This document shows, piece after piece, positions 33,723 to 43,026 of a DNA stretch of 45,018 nt (position 1 is the stretch's first letter; the number at the start of each line of letters is the position of its first letter). The notes under the pieces are model-generated. The model made no database searches. It was given only the letters and a program-made list of their open reading frames with translations, and was not told the DNA's origin. The DNA is from a virus, in the IMG/VR virus record IMGVR_UViG_3300023208_000002; one strand, 5' to 3'. A program made the position numbers and the translations under genes.

Positions 33723-34492
33723 TTAATTAAGTTATCTGGTATCTCAATTATAAGCTTGGCTCTACACTTGCACATTGGGAGCCAAGCGGGCTGGATAAAT
33801 TCTCCGTCGATATAACACCCTTCCTTGATATTATATCTTGTCCCGTTAGCCTTTTTGTGGCTAGCACGTGGTTCTCTTGATGCGCCAGAATGTAGCCAAA
33901 TAGCTTCCTTGATCCCCAACTCTTCAGCGCGCGCCTTTTCAAAGGCCTGATTCAACTTAGCCGTCTGATCCTTTGCAATATTCTTTGCCCTACGATCTGT
34001 TACGCCGTCAATCTCTTTGAGTTGCTTGATTAGTGATTCAACATCATAGCCATTCTTGACACTACGCCAAACCGCAGACCGAACTTTATCTAAATACTCA
34101 TTACCGATTGATTTAATTAGAGCAACATTCTCACCTAAGGCAATCTGCGCTTGATCTTCCATGTATTGCGTATGACGAAAATTAACAGTGAATCCACGCT
34201 TACGAAGAATGCCTAACAAGCGCTTGTCGTAGTTGGTTTTAGCCTTACTCACCAACTCTTGCGCTACTTGAGTCGATAGCTTATCTAAACGATCTTGCCA
34301 CCGACTCACTAAACCGTCAATAACATGTCCCATCCAATCCAAAATGCCATCCATAGCAATTTCAGACCGCATAGGCTTAACTACGTCCCGAATTAAATCG
34401 GAACGCATTTCATCCATCATGCCTTGCATTTGCTCCCTGTACCACTTAGTTAGGGATGCATTAGGTGCTATTGAATCAAGGGTTATTTCCAT
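33716..34492 (-). CDS. Head morphogenesis protein (Mu F / SPP1 gp7 family)
   Basis: 258 aa, directly after the portal gene. AKNIAKDQTAKLN and WLHSGASREPRASHKKANG...CKCRA patterns. Confidence 0.75.
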   Translation of the reverse strand: MEITLDSIAPNASLTKWYREQMQGMMDEMRSDLIRDVVKPMRSEIAMDGILDWMGHVIDGLVSRWQDRLDKLSTQVAQELVSKAKTNYDKRLLGILRKRGFTVNFRHTQYMEDQAQIALGENVALIKSIGNEYLDKVRSAVWRSVKNGYDVESLIKQLKEIDGVTDRRAKNIAKDQTAKLNQAFEKARAEELGIKEAIWLHSGASREPRASHKKANGTRYNIKEGCYIDGEFIQPAWLPMCKCRAKLIIEIPDNLINQ

Positions 34493-34494
34493 AT

Positions 34495-35925
34495 CTATTT
34501 TTCATCAATATCGATGTTTTCGTTTTCAACATAAGGATCACGCTCAGGCGCATTGCCCTCTAATTGATAACCACTATCTTCATCATCATTCAAGGCTTGG
34601 CGCGCCTCTTCATTATCAATCACGCCTTCTTGAATGTAAATCTGAGCCGTTTGCGCTTTCTTCAAGTTTACGTCTGCTTGCTCATTGTCATCTAATTGAT
34701 AAAGCGGATTAAAGACAAACTTAATGCTTTCATCAATATCGCCAAACAAGCTTAATTGCATACAGTCAAGGATAACTTTGATCTGTGGCAAGATATACGC
34801 TTCCTGCTGTGCTGATACGCAATCGTAAAACACTCGTATCTCACCATCAGAAGTATTACCGAGTCCCGCCGTTGGAGTTCCAAATATCTTCAATACTGGA
34901 ATCTTAGAAGGATAGGCAAGCATTTGTGTGAACTTGTCTAGCAATGTATCAAGACCAGTCAAAGGAGTGTTAATTTGGAAAAATTCCTCCGTCTCTTTGT
35001 CCATAGCCACAACACTTTCATTATCTCGACCCAAAGATAAAGCCTTTAGTCGGCTAACAAGTTGATTTGCTCCACCTTCTGTTCCAGAAAGTATTGCCGT
35101 CATGTCTGTTTTTATACCAGTCAAGCTAAACATAGTAATCAATTTAGCCACTGAATCCACAATGGATTGATGACGCTGTACATACGGCAACATCAATTGA
35201 GACATTGAAATACCATAGAAGTTGTAAGCTGGCTTCAACATGTCTGGCACTTGGCGCATAACCAAAGTTAATAGTCGGCTATGATGCACATTATTACCCA
35301 AAACCCACCATTGTTTAGGCTTGAAGAAGTCAGGCTCTAGTGCGTTGTTTGCGTTATACAAACTAGGTGTGGACCATAATGGCTCAATAACCGTGAAGCC
35401 TTTTAATGAACCTTTCTTAATGCCTTTCTCATTGATCAATAAAGGTAGATCGGTTTTATCTTCTTGCCCCTCAATCTGAATGTATAGCTGAGATCCACCA
35501 TAGTAGTAATCATTCTCGATGTGCTTGCGGATAAGATTGCGAATATCTAGCCTGTTAAACTCCTCCATGAGAATATCAACACGCTTCTGGTCATCACCTT
35601 TAACTTCTCCCCATTCGCGTGTCATTTCCTGAGCAAAGGTCTCAGCAACTAAGCGATATTCAGTAGACTGAGCCAATTGAGCCAATATTTGATAGCCCAA
35701 AAAGTTGCTATAAAACTGCGGCTCTAATCCCGCATATTGCGAAGCTGTGCAAAAGCCATCCATTGCCATAGCGCTATGACCATCTGGTGCAACACCATCA
35801 GGCAAAGAAGGCGCTTTATACTGAATCGCCACGCCATCATTATGCGCCTGCATAGCATTTAACAAAGCGTTCCATTTCGGCTTTCGCTTTGGCGCTTCTT
35901 CTTTCTTTTTGAACCAATCAAACAT
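34495..35925 (-). CDS. Portal protein
   Basis: 476 aa with an acidic C-terminus; sits between the terminase large subunit and Mu F-like genes. Confidence 0.8.
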   Translation of the reverse strand: MFDWFKKKEEAPKRKPKWNALLNAMQAHNDGVAIQYKAPSLPDGVAPDGHSAMAMDGFCTASQYAGLEPQFYSNFLGYQILAQLAQSTEYRLVAETFAQEMTREWGEVKGDDQKRVDILMEEFNRLDIRNLIRKHIENDYYYGGSQLYIQIEGQEDKTDLPLLINEKGIKKGSLKGFTVIEPLWSTPSLYNANNALEPDFFKPKQWWVLGNNVHHSRLLTLVMRQVPDMLKPAYNFYGISMSQLMLPYVQRHQSIVDSVAKLITMFSLTGIKTDMTAILSGTEGGANQLVSRLKALSLGRDNESVVAMDKETEEFFQINTPLTGLDTLLDKFTQMLAYPSKIPVLKIFGTPTAGLGNTSDGEIRVFYDCVSAQQEAYILPQIKVILDCMQLSLFGDIDESIKFVFNPLYQLDDNEQADVNLKKAQTAQIYIQEGVIDNEEARQALNDDEDSGYQLEGNAPERDPYVENENIDIDEK

Positions 35926-35927
35926 AT

Positions 35928-37238
35928 TTACCTTCCGAAAGCCGATTCAATATCAGCCATATTGATTTTAAGACCCATGCCACGTTTCATGACTTTTTCA
36001 AGCGCATAGCGTAATGCATCGATATAATGGTTGTCTTTATCAATGATAATAGGTAATACCTCATCTGTCAGCCTGTCTTTTTTGTATGAGTAATCACGGA
36101 ACTCTTTTAGCGTTTCTTTGCATCGTGAATGAATATAGACTTTCTTAAACGACTTAATAAACTCAATACCATCCTCAACAGAACCTTTACCCTTCTCAAC
36201 AGGCGCAATTCTACGCAAACCTTTTTTCTTTAAATGACTAATGGACTCGGGACGAGCGCTATCCGCATAAACAGCATACTTCTTAATGTCTGGTATTTTC
36301 TTTTCTAAAAACTCAACAGTATCGTCTAACTCAAGACCAACTTTACCGCCTTCGTGTTCAATCCACAAACAATCATCATGAATCCAGACTTTGACACATG
36401 CCGTTGGATCCTGAGCAAAACCAAAGTCCAAGCCAATATAAGGACCATGCCATTTTTGAGGATCTGGTGTAAAATCCTTTTTCTCGTATTTGCCCTTGAA
36501 GATTTGCGCTTCCGACATTTCAAGATAAGCGCCTTCCCATATCCATCGGTAAGTTACATCATCAAGATTAGCTTGATCTCGTCTGCGCTCTAAATCAAGA
36601 ACATGAGGAAACCACGGATTATCTGAATAGTTCATCTCAGCACCAATGCCGATTAGAACGCCTTCATCATCAAATATTTCTTCATGTCTAAACCGTGTTG
36701 ATGTCGGACTATCTCGTCTTTCAGGGTTCCATGTTACCCATACCTCAGAGTAAACAATCTTACCATTAGGTAGCACAATTTCTTCACGTACAGTTGGCAA
36801 TAGCTTACGCCAAGCCATCTCGCTAACCGTTTCAGCTTCATCTACCCAACTAAGCAAAATACGTGCTTTAGATTTGATGCTGTCCAAGTTATGACGCAAA
36901 CCACAGAATGAGTAAGTCACACGCTTATTCTTGGTTCTTATGTAATTCTCACCCATTTCATAATAGTTGTTTAGAAATGGCTCTTCACGAATAGCTTGCT
37001 TGATTTCCTCCATAGAAGAATCGGCAAGCGTATTCATAAACTCACGACCACAAAGCAAAGTTCCACTCACGCCCATTTCAGCAAACATATAGCCTTTAAC
37101 GGCTGTCATCTTTGCAAACGAGCGCGTCTTACCTGAGCCCCTTCCTCCCCAGCTTTGACGATATCGCACATCCTGAGCAGAAAAGACAGGTACAAGTTTA
37201 GGTGGTAGCTTAATCTGAACTTTCGACATTATGAGCAA
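35928..37238 (-). CDS. terL: Terminase large subunit
   Basis: Walker A SWGGRGSGKTRSFA and a Walker B-like LLSWVDEAE. The C-terminal nuclease region contains HYIDALRYAL. The start may be ATG 37229. Confidence 0.85.
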   Translation of the reverse strand: MLIMSKVQIKLPPKLVPVFSAQDVRYRQSWGGRGSGKTRSFAKMTAVKGYMFAEMGVSGTLLCGREFMNTLADSSMEEIKQAIREEPFLNNYYEMGENYIRTKNKRVTYSFCGLRHNLDSIKSKARILLSWVDEAETVSEMAWRKLLPTVREEIVLPNGKIVYSEVWVTWNPERRDSPTSTRFRHEEIFDDEGVLIGIGAEMNYSDNPWFPHVLDLERRRDQANLDDVTYRWIWEGAYLEMSEAQIFKGKYEKKDFTPDPQKWHGPYIGLDFGFAQDPTACVKVWIHDDCLWIEHEGGKVGLELDDTVEFLEKKIPDIKKYAVYADSARPESISHLKKKGLRRIAPVEKGKGSVEDGIEFIKSFKKVYIHSRCKETLKEFRDYSYKKDRLTDEVLPIIIDKDNHYIDALRYALEKVMKRGMGLKINMADIESAFGR

Positions 37239-37605
37239 CTAATTCGATTACGGTAGGATTGTTTATGTTTTCTCCATTAGTTGTTATGTCAGTTTCAACC
37301 TTGTCACTATACCCATGATTGGCAAGCATTAGCTTAGTAATCGTCCCGCTAAATTGCTGGCTAAGACCGCCATTAATTAAAAGCATTTCTTGCTTCATCA
37401 TAATTGCATCTAACGTGTCCGCAAATTCAGGGCTTAAAGCCTTGTATTCATAGATAGTTGAACGCCCAATTCCCAAATAACAACCAAGCCCAGCTATACT
37501 AGGAACAATATTTTCAATTTCCTTGTACCCGCTAACTAAATATTCTTTTGCTTTTTCAATAAGCTCAGGTGTAAGACCGCTAGGTCTACCCACTTCATTA
37601 CTCAT
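37210..37605 (-). CDS. terS: Terminase small subunit (HTH type)
   Basis: GRPSGLTPELIEKAKEYL...IAGLGCYLGIGRSTIYEY; overlaps terL. Confidence 0.65.
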   Translation of the reverse strand: MSNEVGRPSGLTPELIEKAKEYLVSGYKEIENIVPSIAGLGCYLGIGRSTIYEYKALSPEFADTLDAIMMKQEMLLINGGLSQQFSGTITKLMLANHGYSDKVETDITTNGENINNPTVIELVAHNVESSD

Positions 37606-37650
37606 AGCCTAACCTCTCTTTAGCCTCCCAAAATAATAACACAAAAAGAA

Positions 37651-37670
37651 AAACCGCGTTAAAGCGGTTT
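37651..37670 (-). terminator. Intrinsic terminator embedded in the last codons of ORF 37659..37844, just upstream of terS
   Basis: aaaccgc-gttaaa-gcggttt followed on the minus strand by TTCTTTTT. Confidence 0.65.
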
Positions 37671-37844
37671 AATTGATAGTGGATAAGAGAAGTACCCATG
37701 TGGCAAAGGAAGCCATTTTTCTAAATACCAAACATCAAAAACACTTTTATCATGATACTTGAAATAATCAATTCCGCCAGATTTCCAATGTTTGTAGTGA
37801 GTTGCACCCCCTGGAGCATTCTTCCTAATTTCTTCAATATTCAA
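37659..37844 (-). CDS. Small protein of the 'GATHY' family
   Basis: MNIEEIRKNAPGGATHYKHW...SIKPL. Confidence 0.55.
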   Translation of the reverse strand: MNIEEIRKNAPGGATHYKHWKSGGIDYFKYHDKSVFDVWYLEKWLPLPHGYFSYPLSIKPL

Positions 37845-38028
37845 TTTTAATTAACTCCTTTTCAAGCCTATCATGCTCCGATGAATGAACAGGATAACCA
37901 CCCCATTCACTTTCAACATAACACCATCTACCCATTAAATCTTTAGCATATGAAATAACTTCATTTCCATCAATTTCATAATGTGTTGCACCCTTAATTA
38001 ATTTAGATTTTATTTCTTCAATGGTCAT
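37834..38028 (-). CDS. Small protein of the 'GATHY' family
   Basis: MTIEEIKSKLIKGATHYEIDG... Confidence 0.5.
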   Translation of the reverse strand: MTIEEIKSKLIKGATHYEIDGNEVISYAKDLMGRWCYVESEWGGYPVHSSEHDRLEKELIKIEY

Positions 38029-38121
38029 ATCATTTACCTACACAAGAGTAGCAAAAACCATGTGGCATAGGGTCTCCACATACTTTACATGATTTAGACA
38101 TGCTATTTATTTCCATAAACT

Positions 38122-38331
38122 TCATCTATTCACCCTCTTCAAAATACCACCCAACCCCGTTCGACTGATCGCAAGCAGCTTAGCCGCCTCAGTCTGATTT
38201 CCTCTCGTCTTAATCAAGGCTCTTTCTAAAATGGCTTTTTCTACATGGCTTCTAATCTTGTAAAAACTTTCACCATTGGCTATAGCTTCGTCAATTTCTT
38301 GCTCTGTGATTATTGGAATTAATTCACTCAT
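38122..38331 (-). CDS. Fis-type (HTH_8) small DNA-binding protein
   Basis: ILERALIKTRGNQTEAAKLLAISRTGLGGILKR vs E. coli Fis [33 protein letters not shown]. Confidence 0.6.
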   Translation of the reverse strand: MSELIPIITEQEIDEAIANGESFYKIRSHVEKAILERALIKTRGNQTEAAKLLAISRTGLGGILKRVNR

Positions 38332-38675
38332 CCCTCAGCTCCCTCTTCTTGTTTCTCCTTAGCCCAAATTGCATCAGCACCGTCTTCGGTATAGTAAATA
38401 GACATCAAGAAGAATCCATGAGGTGCCATTGGCTGCCATTTTGATAAATCTGCATCATCCATAATTTCATCAAACTCATCAGGAGATACGGTTGACTCTA
38501 AGTAAGTTTTAACTGTCACAATATTGAAGTGACGCTTCAACTCACCCCATTGCTCACGGGTCATAAACTCAGCATCATCACCAAGAATATTTTTCAAGTA
38601 AGCGTCTACTTCTGGATGTGTCCATTCGCCATACTGGTTACGTATCACTTCAACTGGTTTTAATTGATTAATCAT
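38328..38675 (-). CDS. Acidic hypothetical protein (115 aa)
   Basis: ORF; ends ...EEGAEG with the repeated junction sequence. Confidence 0.5.
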   Translation of the reverse strand: MINQLKPVEVIRNQYGEWTHPEVDAYLKNILGDDAEFMTREQWGELKRHFNIVTVKTYLESTVSPDEFDEIMDDADLSKWQPMAPHGFFLMSIYYTEDGADAIWAKEKQEEGAEG

Positions 38676-38896
38676 CCCTCAGCTCCCGATTCGCTTGCTT
38701 CTTCAACTTCATCCCAATTGACAAAGGCAACCGCTGAATCACATTCTATTTCACCCTTGTGATTGCAATTAGGACACTGAACCTTGTCCCCATCCCACAA
38801 GTAGCACCCAATGCCACGTTCAGTTATTACTTCTGCATAGTCGCCAAAACCACAATTAGAGCAAGCATCAAGCCAAGTAATTTTAAGAGTTTTCAT
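38672..38896 (-). CDS. Zinc-ribbon protein
   Basis: AGGTGA lies before ATG 38896. CSNCG...CPNCNH; ends ...SGAEG. Confidence 0.5.
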   Translation of the reverse strand: MKTLKITWLDACSNCGFGDYAEVITERGIGCYLWDGDKVQCPNCNHKGEIECDSAVAFVNWDEVEEASESGAEG

Positions 38897-39230
38897 TTTG
38901 ATCACCTGCTGCTTCAACCATTGCCTTATAACCAGTTTTACTCAGCGTCGACATTGGTGCGACTGAAGATCGTTCGTAGGCTTGGAACATCTTTTCTGTT
39001 GGAACTCTTGGTAAAAGAACATAACCCTCTGGCACCGCCTGAGCTTTGGCTTTTTGCCACAAATCCCATCCATAATTAATTTCGGCTAGGGCAGATAGGT
39101 TAATTTCAGTTAGTGGCAAATGAGCATGTAAGCAATATGCATTGGTTGCCTCATCAAACTTGACTATCTTGAAAACCTTGTCACTGTGTTGAGCCTCAAA
39201 CTCACTTCTTAACTTATTCAAATCTGTCAT
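38883..39230 (-). CDS. Hypothetical protein (115 aa from ATG 39230)
   Basis: The longer track ORF overlaps the upstream gene; MTDLNKLRSEF... starts right after stop 39232. Confidence 0.5.
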   Translation of the reverse strand: MTDLNKLRSEFEAQHSDKVFKIVKFDEATNAYCLHAHLPLTEINLSALAEINYGWDLWQKAKAQAVPEGYVLLPRVPTEKMFQAYERSSVAPMSTLSKTGYKAMVEAAGDQNENS

Positions 39231-39231
39231 T

Positions 39232-39558
39232 TCAATGAAACTCCTTAATATTGGTCGCACGTTTTTCTTCATCTTTACAAATCTGGTATGACTCGTTGGC
39301 AAAATTAGACGCAATAACCGCCTTGTCTTCACCATTGTAAATAGGGAATGAATAAGCCCAATCAACATTGGCATCCATTAAATTAGCTAACGTATTGTCT
39401 ACACTCCGCATCTCCTCAACCACTTCTTTAGCCTGATGCTTTGAGTAGCCTTCTTGACGCATCAGCATGGTAGCTTCCGCAAAGTCATAAACAGCGTCAC
39501 AGAATCCAGCATTAGCAAAACTTGGAACCATCAATAACGCAATTAATAATTTTTTCAT
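39232..39558 (-). CDS. Secreted/periplasmic hypothetical protein
   Basis: Signal peptide MKKLLIALLMVPSFANA. Confidence 0.55.
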   Translation of the reverse strand: MKKLLIALLMVPSFANAGFCDAVYDFAEATMLMRQEGYSKHQAKEVVEEMRSVDNTLANLMDANVDWAYSFPIYNGEDKAVIASNFANESYQICKDEEKRATNIKEFH

Positions 39559-39719
39559 TTTAAAATTTCCTTAAATACAACCATGGCGTTTAAAATATCC
39601 CATCGTTCAGCAAGAGATACACAAATTATTTCAAGTTTGTTTGATTTTGCATAATCATTGATCCTATCATCGAGATCACAACTATGTTTTTCGCTAAAGC
39701 TTTTCACAAAAATACTCAT
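39555..39719 (-). CDS. 54-aa hypothetical protein (not in ORF track)
   Basis: ATGA-coupled at both ends; MSIFVKSFSEKHSCDLDDRINDYAKSNKLEIICVSLAERWDILNAMVVFKEILK. Confidence 0.4.
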   Translation of the reverse strand: MSIFVKSFSEKHSCDLDDRINDYAKSNKLEIICVSLAERWDILNAMVVFKEILK

Positions 39720-39934
39720 CCCAAAACCCCTTCCACACCTTTTAAAAACATCTTCACATCACCCATTGTTAAATTGCCTTCTTTGTGCAAAGCTTTTAAC
39801 GTCTTGATGTGTCCCGTAATATCGTCAATCTTTTGTTGCTGGTGATTGTAAATTTTCTCGCATTGCTTATATGTGCTTATATCAAATCTCTCACCCAAGC
39901 AAACTTTTCGATAGATTGCATTAAATTCACTCAC
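39716..39934 (-). CDS. Hypothetical protein (72 aa, GTG start)
   Basis: ORF. Confidence 0.45.
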   Translation of the reverse strand: MSEFNAIYRKVCLGERFDISTYKQCEKIYNHQQQKIDDITGHIKTLKALHKEGNLTMGDVKMFLKGVEGVLG

Positions 39935-40049
39935 AATCCACCTCTTTCCAGCATTTACGGCAAACTTTATAAGTCTCGCCAGTTAAATTACTTTCCTCAT
40001 ATTCCCACTCATGTCGGCAGAATAGGCGCTTTAAAAATTTATAGATCAT
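39927..40049 (-). CDS. 40-aa zinc-ribbon peptide (not in ORF track)
   Basis: MIYKFLKRLFCRHEWEYEESNLTGETYKVCRKCWKEVDCE; ATGA-coupled to the upstream gene. Confidence 0.35.
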   Translation of the reverse strand: MIYKFLKRLFCRHEWEYEESNLTGETYKVCRKCWKEVDCE

Positions 40050-40396
40050 TTGTTATTCTCCATTAGCCTGCGAACATAAAACCCAAAATTTGGATGGGAT
40101 AAGATTTTATGCATGACCTCATACAGATCATCCTTATCAACAGCCTTATAATGACCACTTATTGTATCAAGTGTTAATGGAAATCCCTCTTGGCTATTAA
40201 TACTTATAGATCTACAAGCTGGAGTCATAGTAAAGCCTCTATCACTTTTTACGCCAACAAATCCCCCAACTATTCCACTTTTGTCATATATAGCCTTGTT
40301 TGCCTCGCCGATCACCTCAATAATATCATCAAGATTTCTATCGTAATTTTTTGAAGCTTCAAGACCTTTTTTAATAGCTTCTATAAAATCCATCAC
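40046..40396 (-). CDS. Hypothetical protein (116 aa)
   Basis: ORF with AAGGGG RBS. Confidence 0.5.
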   Translation of the reverse strand: MMDFIEAIKKGLEASKNYDRNLDDIIEVIGEANKAIYDKSGIVGGFVGVKSDRGFTMTPACRSISINSQEGFPLTLDTISGHYKAVDKDDLYEVMHKILSHPNFGFYVRRLMENNK

Positions 40397-40456
40397 TTAC
40401 CCCTTAACCAATTAAATACAATCATTCCAGCGTGATACACAATCAACACTGACCCT

Positions 40457-40696
40457 CTAAGCAAATCTATTGCCGCGTACTTTAACACCCTTAGATTTAC
40501 CCTTAACTCTTTTTGGTGATTCATTTTTCAATACCTTGTATTTACGCACCACAATTAAAGGAAATAAAACCACACTCAAGATTAGAGACAAAACACCAGC
40601 TAAAGCCCAAAACAATTCAACCAACAATTTAGGCGCATGTTTGAATAACTTTGCCACATCAACAATTGCCAACCATAAAGCTTTAACTAGAATCAT
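40457..40696 (-). CDS. Membrane protein with basic C-terminal tail
   Basis: Two hydrophobic helices followed by KRVKGKSKGVKVRGNRFA; first gene after box E. Confidence 0.5.
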   Translation of the reverse strand: MILVKALWLAIVDVAKLFKHAPKLLVELFWALAGVLSLILSVVLFPLIVVRKYKVLKNESPKRVKGKSKGVKVRGNRFA

Positions 40697-40714
40697 TTTA
40701 TCTCTCCTCTTTAT

Positions 40715-40750
40715 ATTCTCAATAGTAAATTATATTTATAATTAATGCAA
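40715..40750 (-). promoter_or_regulatory. Conserved-box promoter E: TTGCAT-17-TACTAT (box 40715-40730)
   Basis: -35 at 40745-40750 and -10 at 40722-40727 (minus-strand reading). It lies directly after terminator 40771-40795. Confidence 0.65.
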
Positions 40751-40770
40751 GAATTTTATGCAAAAAAAAA

Positions 40771-40795
40771 TCCGCATCTTGGGGTTAGATACGGA
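40771..40795 (-). terminator. Intrinsic terminator
   Basis: 9-bp stem (one G-U on the minus strand) followed by T9. Confidence 0.8.
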
Positions 40796-40838
40796 TATAA
40801 AAAGTTTCTTTAGTTCGCTAAATATAGCAAATTTTTAG

Positions 40839-41120
40839 TTAATTGCAAGTAACAATTTTAATTGCTTGATCAACACAGTTAACCACATTGACTTGACCAT
40901 TCCATAAGTCATGCCATTCGACTTGATCTGGCGTTAATTTTTGCGCTGAAATCGGTTTAGCCCCATCTTTTATCTCCAATAAAAAGTTTCTACCACGATA
41001 GCCGACCAAAATGTCGGGACACCCTTTTCCAACACTTGAAAGAATTTGAACCGTACACCCAATCTTTCTAAGTGCTGCAACTATTTCTGGTTGATTTGCA
41101 TCTATCTTAGCTGCTCTCAT
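40839..41120 (-). CDS. VRR-NUC-type nuclease (PD-(D/E)XK)
   Basis: ANQPEIVAALRKIGC...GKGCPDILVGYRGRNFLLEIKDG...LTPDQVEW. Confidence 0.6.
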   Translation of the reverse strand: MRAAKIDANQPEIVAALRKIGCTVQILSSVGKGCPDILVGYRGRNFLLEIKDGAKPISAQKLTPDQVEWHDLWNGQVNVVNCVDQAIKIVTCN

Positions 41121-41443
41121 TTAATTTTAACCATATTATTAAAAAGTATTTTAGCCATTCCAGCTTTCATTATATAACCATTAAATTTCACTTCCGCATA
41201 ATCTGGATAGTTAACAGTAATATCAAACTCAGGATAGATTAATACTTCAGGCCGACTTTTATCTTCCCGCTTTTCGTTTTCCGCAAGCATTTCTTCCGCA
41301 AAATTAAAAGAGCTTGAAACAATTGATTTAACAATTTCATCAGTATTTGTCAAAAATAGATCTCCCGATTCAGCAGAAATCTTCAACATTATCTTCGCAT
41401 AATCATGCGCCAATTCTAATTTATTCATTTTCTTCAACCTCAA
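41117..41443 (-). CDS. Hypothetical protein (108 aa)
   Basis: ORF. Confidence 0.5.
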   Translation of the reverse strand: MRLKKMNKLELAHDYAKIMLKISAESGDLFLTNTDEIVKSIVSSSFNFAEEMLAENEKREDKSRPEVLIYPEFDITVNYPDYAEVKFNGYIMKAGMAKILFNNMVKIK

Positions 41444-41648
41444 TTAATTTATTTTGATACCATTGCGCCTTTTTAAGACACTCAACCCCGTTTTTAAGCT
41501 TATAGCGCCATTGATATTTAAAAATATTCCCTCGCAAATAACCTATAAACTCTTCACGACTTAACATAGCTTGCATAGCATCAATGCATTCAATCGAAAA
41601 GTTAGCGTAATGGCTTGGCTGATTTACCTTGTCGTCTGCGTCTTTCAT
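41421..41648 (-). CDS. DUF3310-family protein
   Basis: VNQPSHY...ECIDAMQAML...GNIFKYQWRYKLKNG...LKKAQWY. Confidence 0.6.
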   Translation of the reverse strand: MKDADDKVNQPSHYANFSIECIDAMQAMLSREEFIGYLRGNIFKYQWRYKLKNGVECLKKAQWYQNKLIEVEENE

Positions 41649-41809
41649 TCCTCATCCTCACATAAAACATAATTTCTTTCGTCATCTTCTTTCTTAGCTT
41701 CTAGCTCAATGTGAATCTTTTTCCATTGCTCTATTAGCATTTCCTTAGTCTCACCATCAATCAAAGGCTCAGACCCATTAATCTTGTCGCGTAACTTTTT
41801 TAAATTCAT
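41645..41809 (-). CDS. 54-aa acidic hypothetical protein (not in ORF track)
   Basis: ATGA-coupled at both ends; MNLKKLRDKINGSEPLIDGETKEMLIEQWKKIHIELEAKKEDDERNYVLCEDEE. Confidence 0.4.
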   Translation of the reverse strand: MNLKKLRDKINGSEPLIDGETKEMLIEQWKKIHIELEAKKEDDERNYVLCEDEE

Positions 41810-42381
41810 CCTTCAACTCCTAACCCAAACTCAGGATTCATTAAATTAATTGATTTAAATTCCATTTCATGTCTAAAGCTTTTGAATGTAGAAAAGCATG
41901 TTAAGCAACAATGATTGGTCTTAACCACAAATTCACCGTTACCCACTTCTTTCAAATAAGCTTCAAGCTCATGATTAAAGCCAAGCCATTTCTTTTTAAA
42001 ACCACCATCATTGACGTAAATTTCAGATTCAACATCACCTAAGAACTGCCACAAATGCATAACAGTATCTGTAGCCAACTGGAACTCACAATCAACCGTT
42101 TCGCCTGTTTTCTCATTAACCGCATGAATTCGACTAACGATATGAAAACTTTGCTCCGCTGGTATCGTCTGCGTCTTTAATGCTAAAGCCAAATCACCCT
42201 TATGCGCTTTCATCCAAACTTTAAGTGGCGTATGGGTAGATTCTTGCGGATCTACGCCATTAAGCAAGTGATGAAGCTCGATAATGCTTCTAGCCTCATT
42301 AACCTCCCAAGTCATTTGAAACTTGTGAATCTTCTGCTTTACAACCTGCTTGCCATTGTATTTTTTATTACGCTTTTTCAT
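41806..42381 (-). CDS. Hypothetical protein (191 aa)
   Basis: ORF. Confidence 0.5.
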   Translation of the reverse strand: MKKRNKKYNGKQVVKQKIHKFQMTWEVNEARSIIELHHLLNGVDPQESTHTPLKVWMKAHKGDLALALKTQTIPAEQSFHIVSRIHAVNEKTGETVDCEFQLATDTVMHLWQFLGDVESEIYVNDGGFKKKWLGFNHELEAYLKEVGNGEFVVKTNHCCLTCFSTFKSFRHEMEFKSINLMNPEFGLGVEG

Positions 42382-42432
42382 ACAGCACCTTTGATTTTTC
42401 TTAGCTGCTCTACGACTTGCTTGATTTCAAGA

Positions 42433-43026
42433 TTAATCATCTATATTTACCTCATAATCAATTAATGCTTGATAAACTCTAGGGTCAATAACAGGTTTAT
42501 ATTTTTCAGCCAAAAATTTAGATTGCTTTTCTTTTTCAACTTTGTATGCCGAAAAAGCATCATATGGATTGTCAAAAACTCCTAAATATTTTTTGGTAGA
42601 ATTTACCGTTATTTGTGAGATTAATTTACCCGAAGCCTTGTGGAATAAAACACCAATTGGATATTCTCCTTTTGTCGATTTCCTATTTGTTTTGAATGCA
42701 TTTATTTCAGGCGGAATGAAGCATATCGTTTCTGTGCTGTACAGCTTTCCATTTCCAAGTATATCTTTATCAAGATGAAATGATTTACCATTAGAATCTC
42801 TATCAAAAAATCCAATTTGATCTCTAGCAAATTTATAAAAATTAGAAAAATCCAACAACCAATCATCAACAATGCAGTTTGTGTAGCTTGGTCTGTTCAC
42901 TTTTATTCCAATTGAATAACACCTTCTTAACATTTCTGTCCATATTTTGTATTCACGAATATGAACGCCATTTAATGATATAGCCCCATGAAAATTATTT
43001 ACACCAACGCCATAAACCTTTCTCAT
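42433..43026 (-). CDS. Homing-endonuclease-like protein (HNH_3-like region plus AP2-type DNA-binding domain)
   Basis: YKIWTEMLRRCY...HLDKDILGNGKLYSTETICFIPPEIN, then GVLFHKASGKLISQITVNSTKKYLGVFDNPYDAFSAYK. The gene is AT-rich. Confidence 0.55.
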   Translation of the reverse strand: MRKVYGVGVNNFHGAISLNGVHIREYKIWTEMLRRCYSIGIKVNRPSYTNCIVDDWLLDFSNFYKFARDQIGFFDRDSNGKSFHLDKDILGNGKLYSTETICFIPPEINAFKTNRKSTKGEYPIGVLFHKASGKLISQITVNSTKKYLGVFDNPYDAFSAYKVEKEKQSKFLAEKYKPVIDPRVYQALIDYEVNIDD

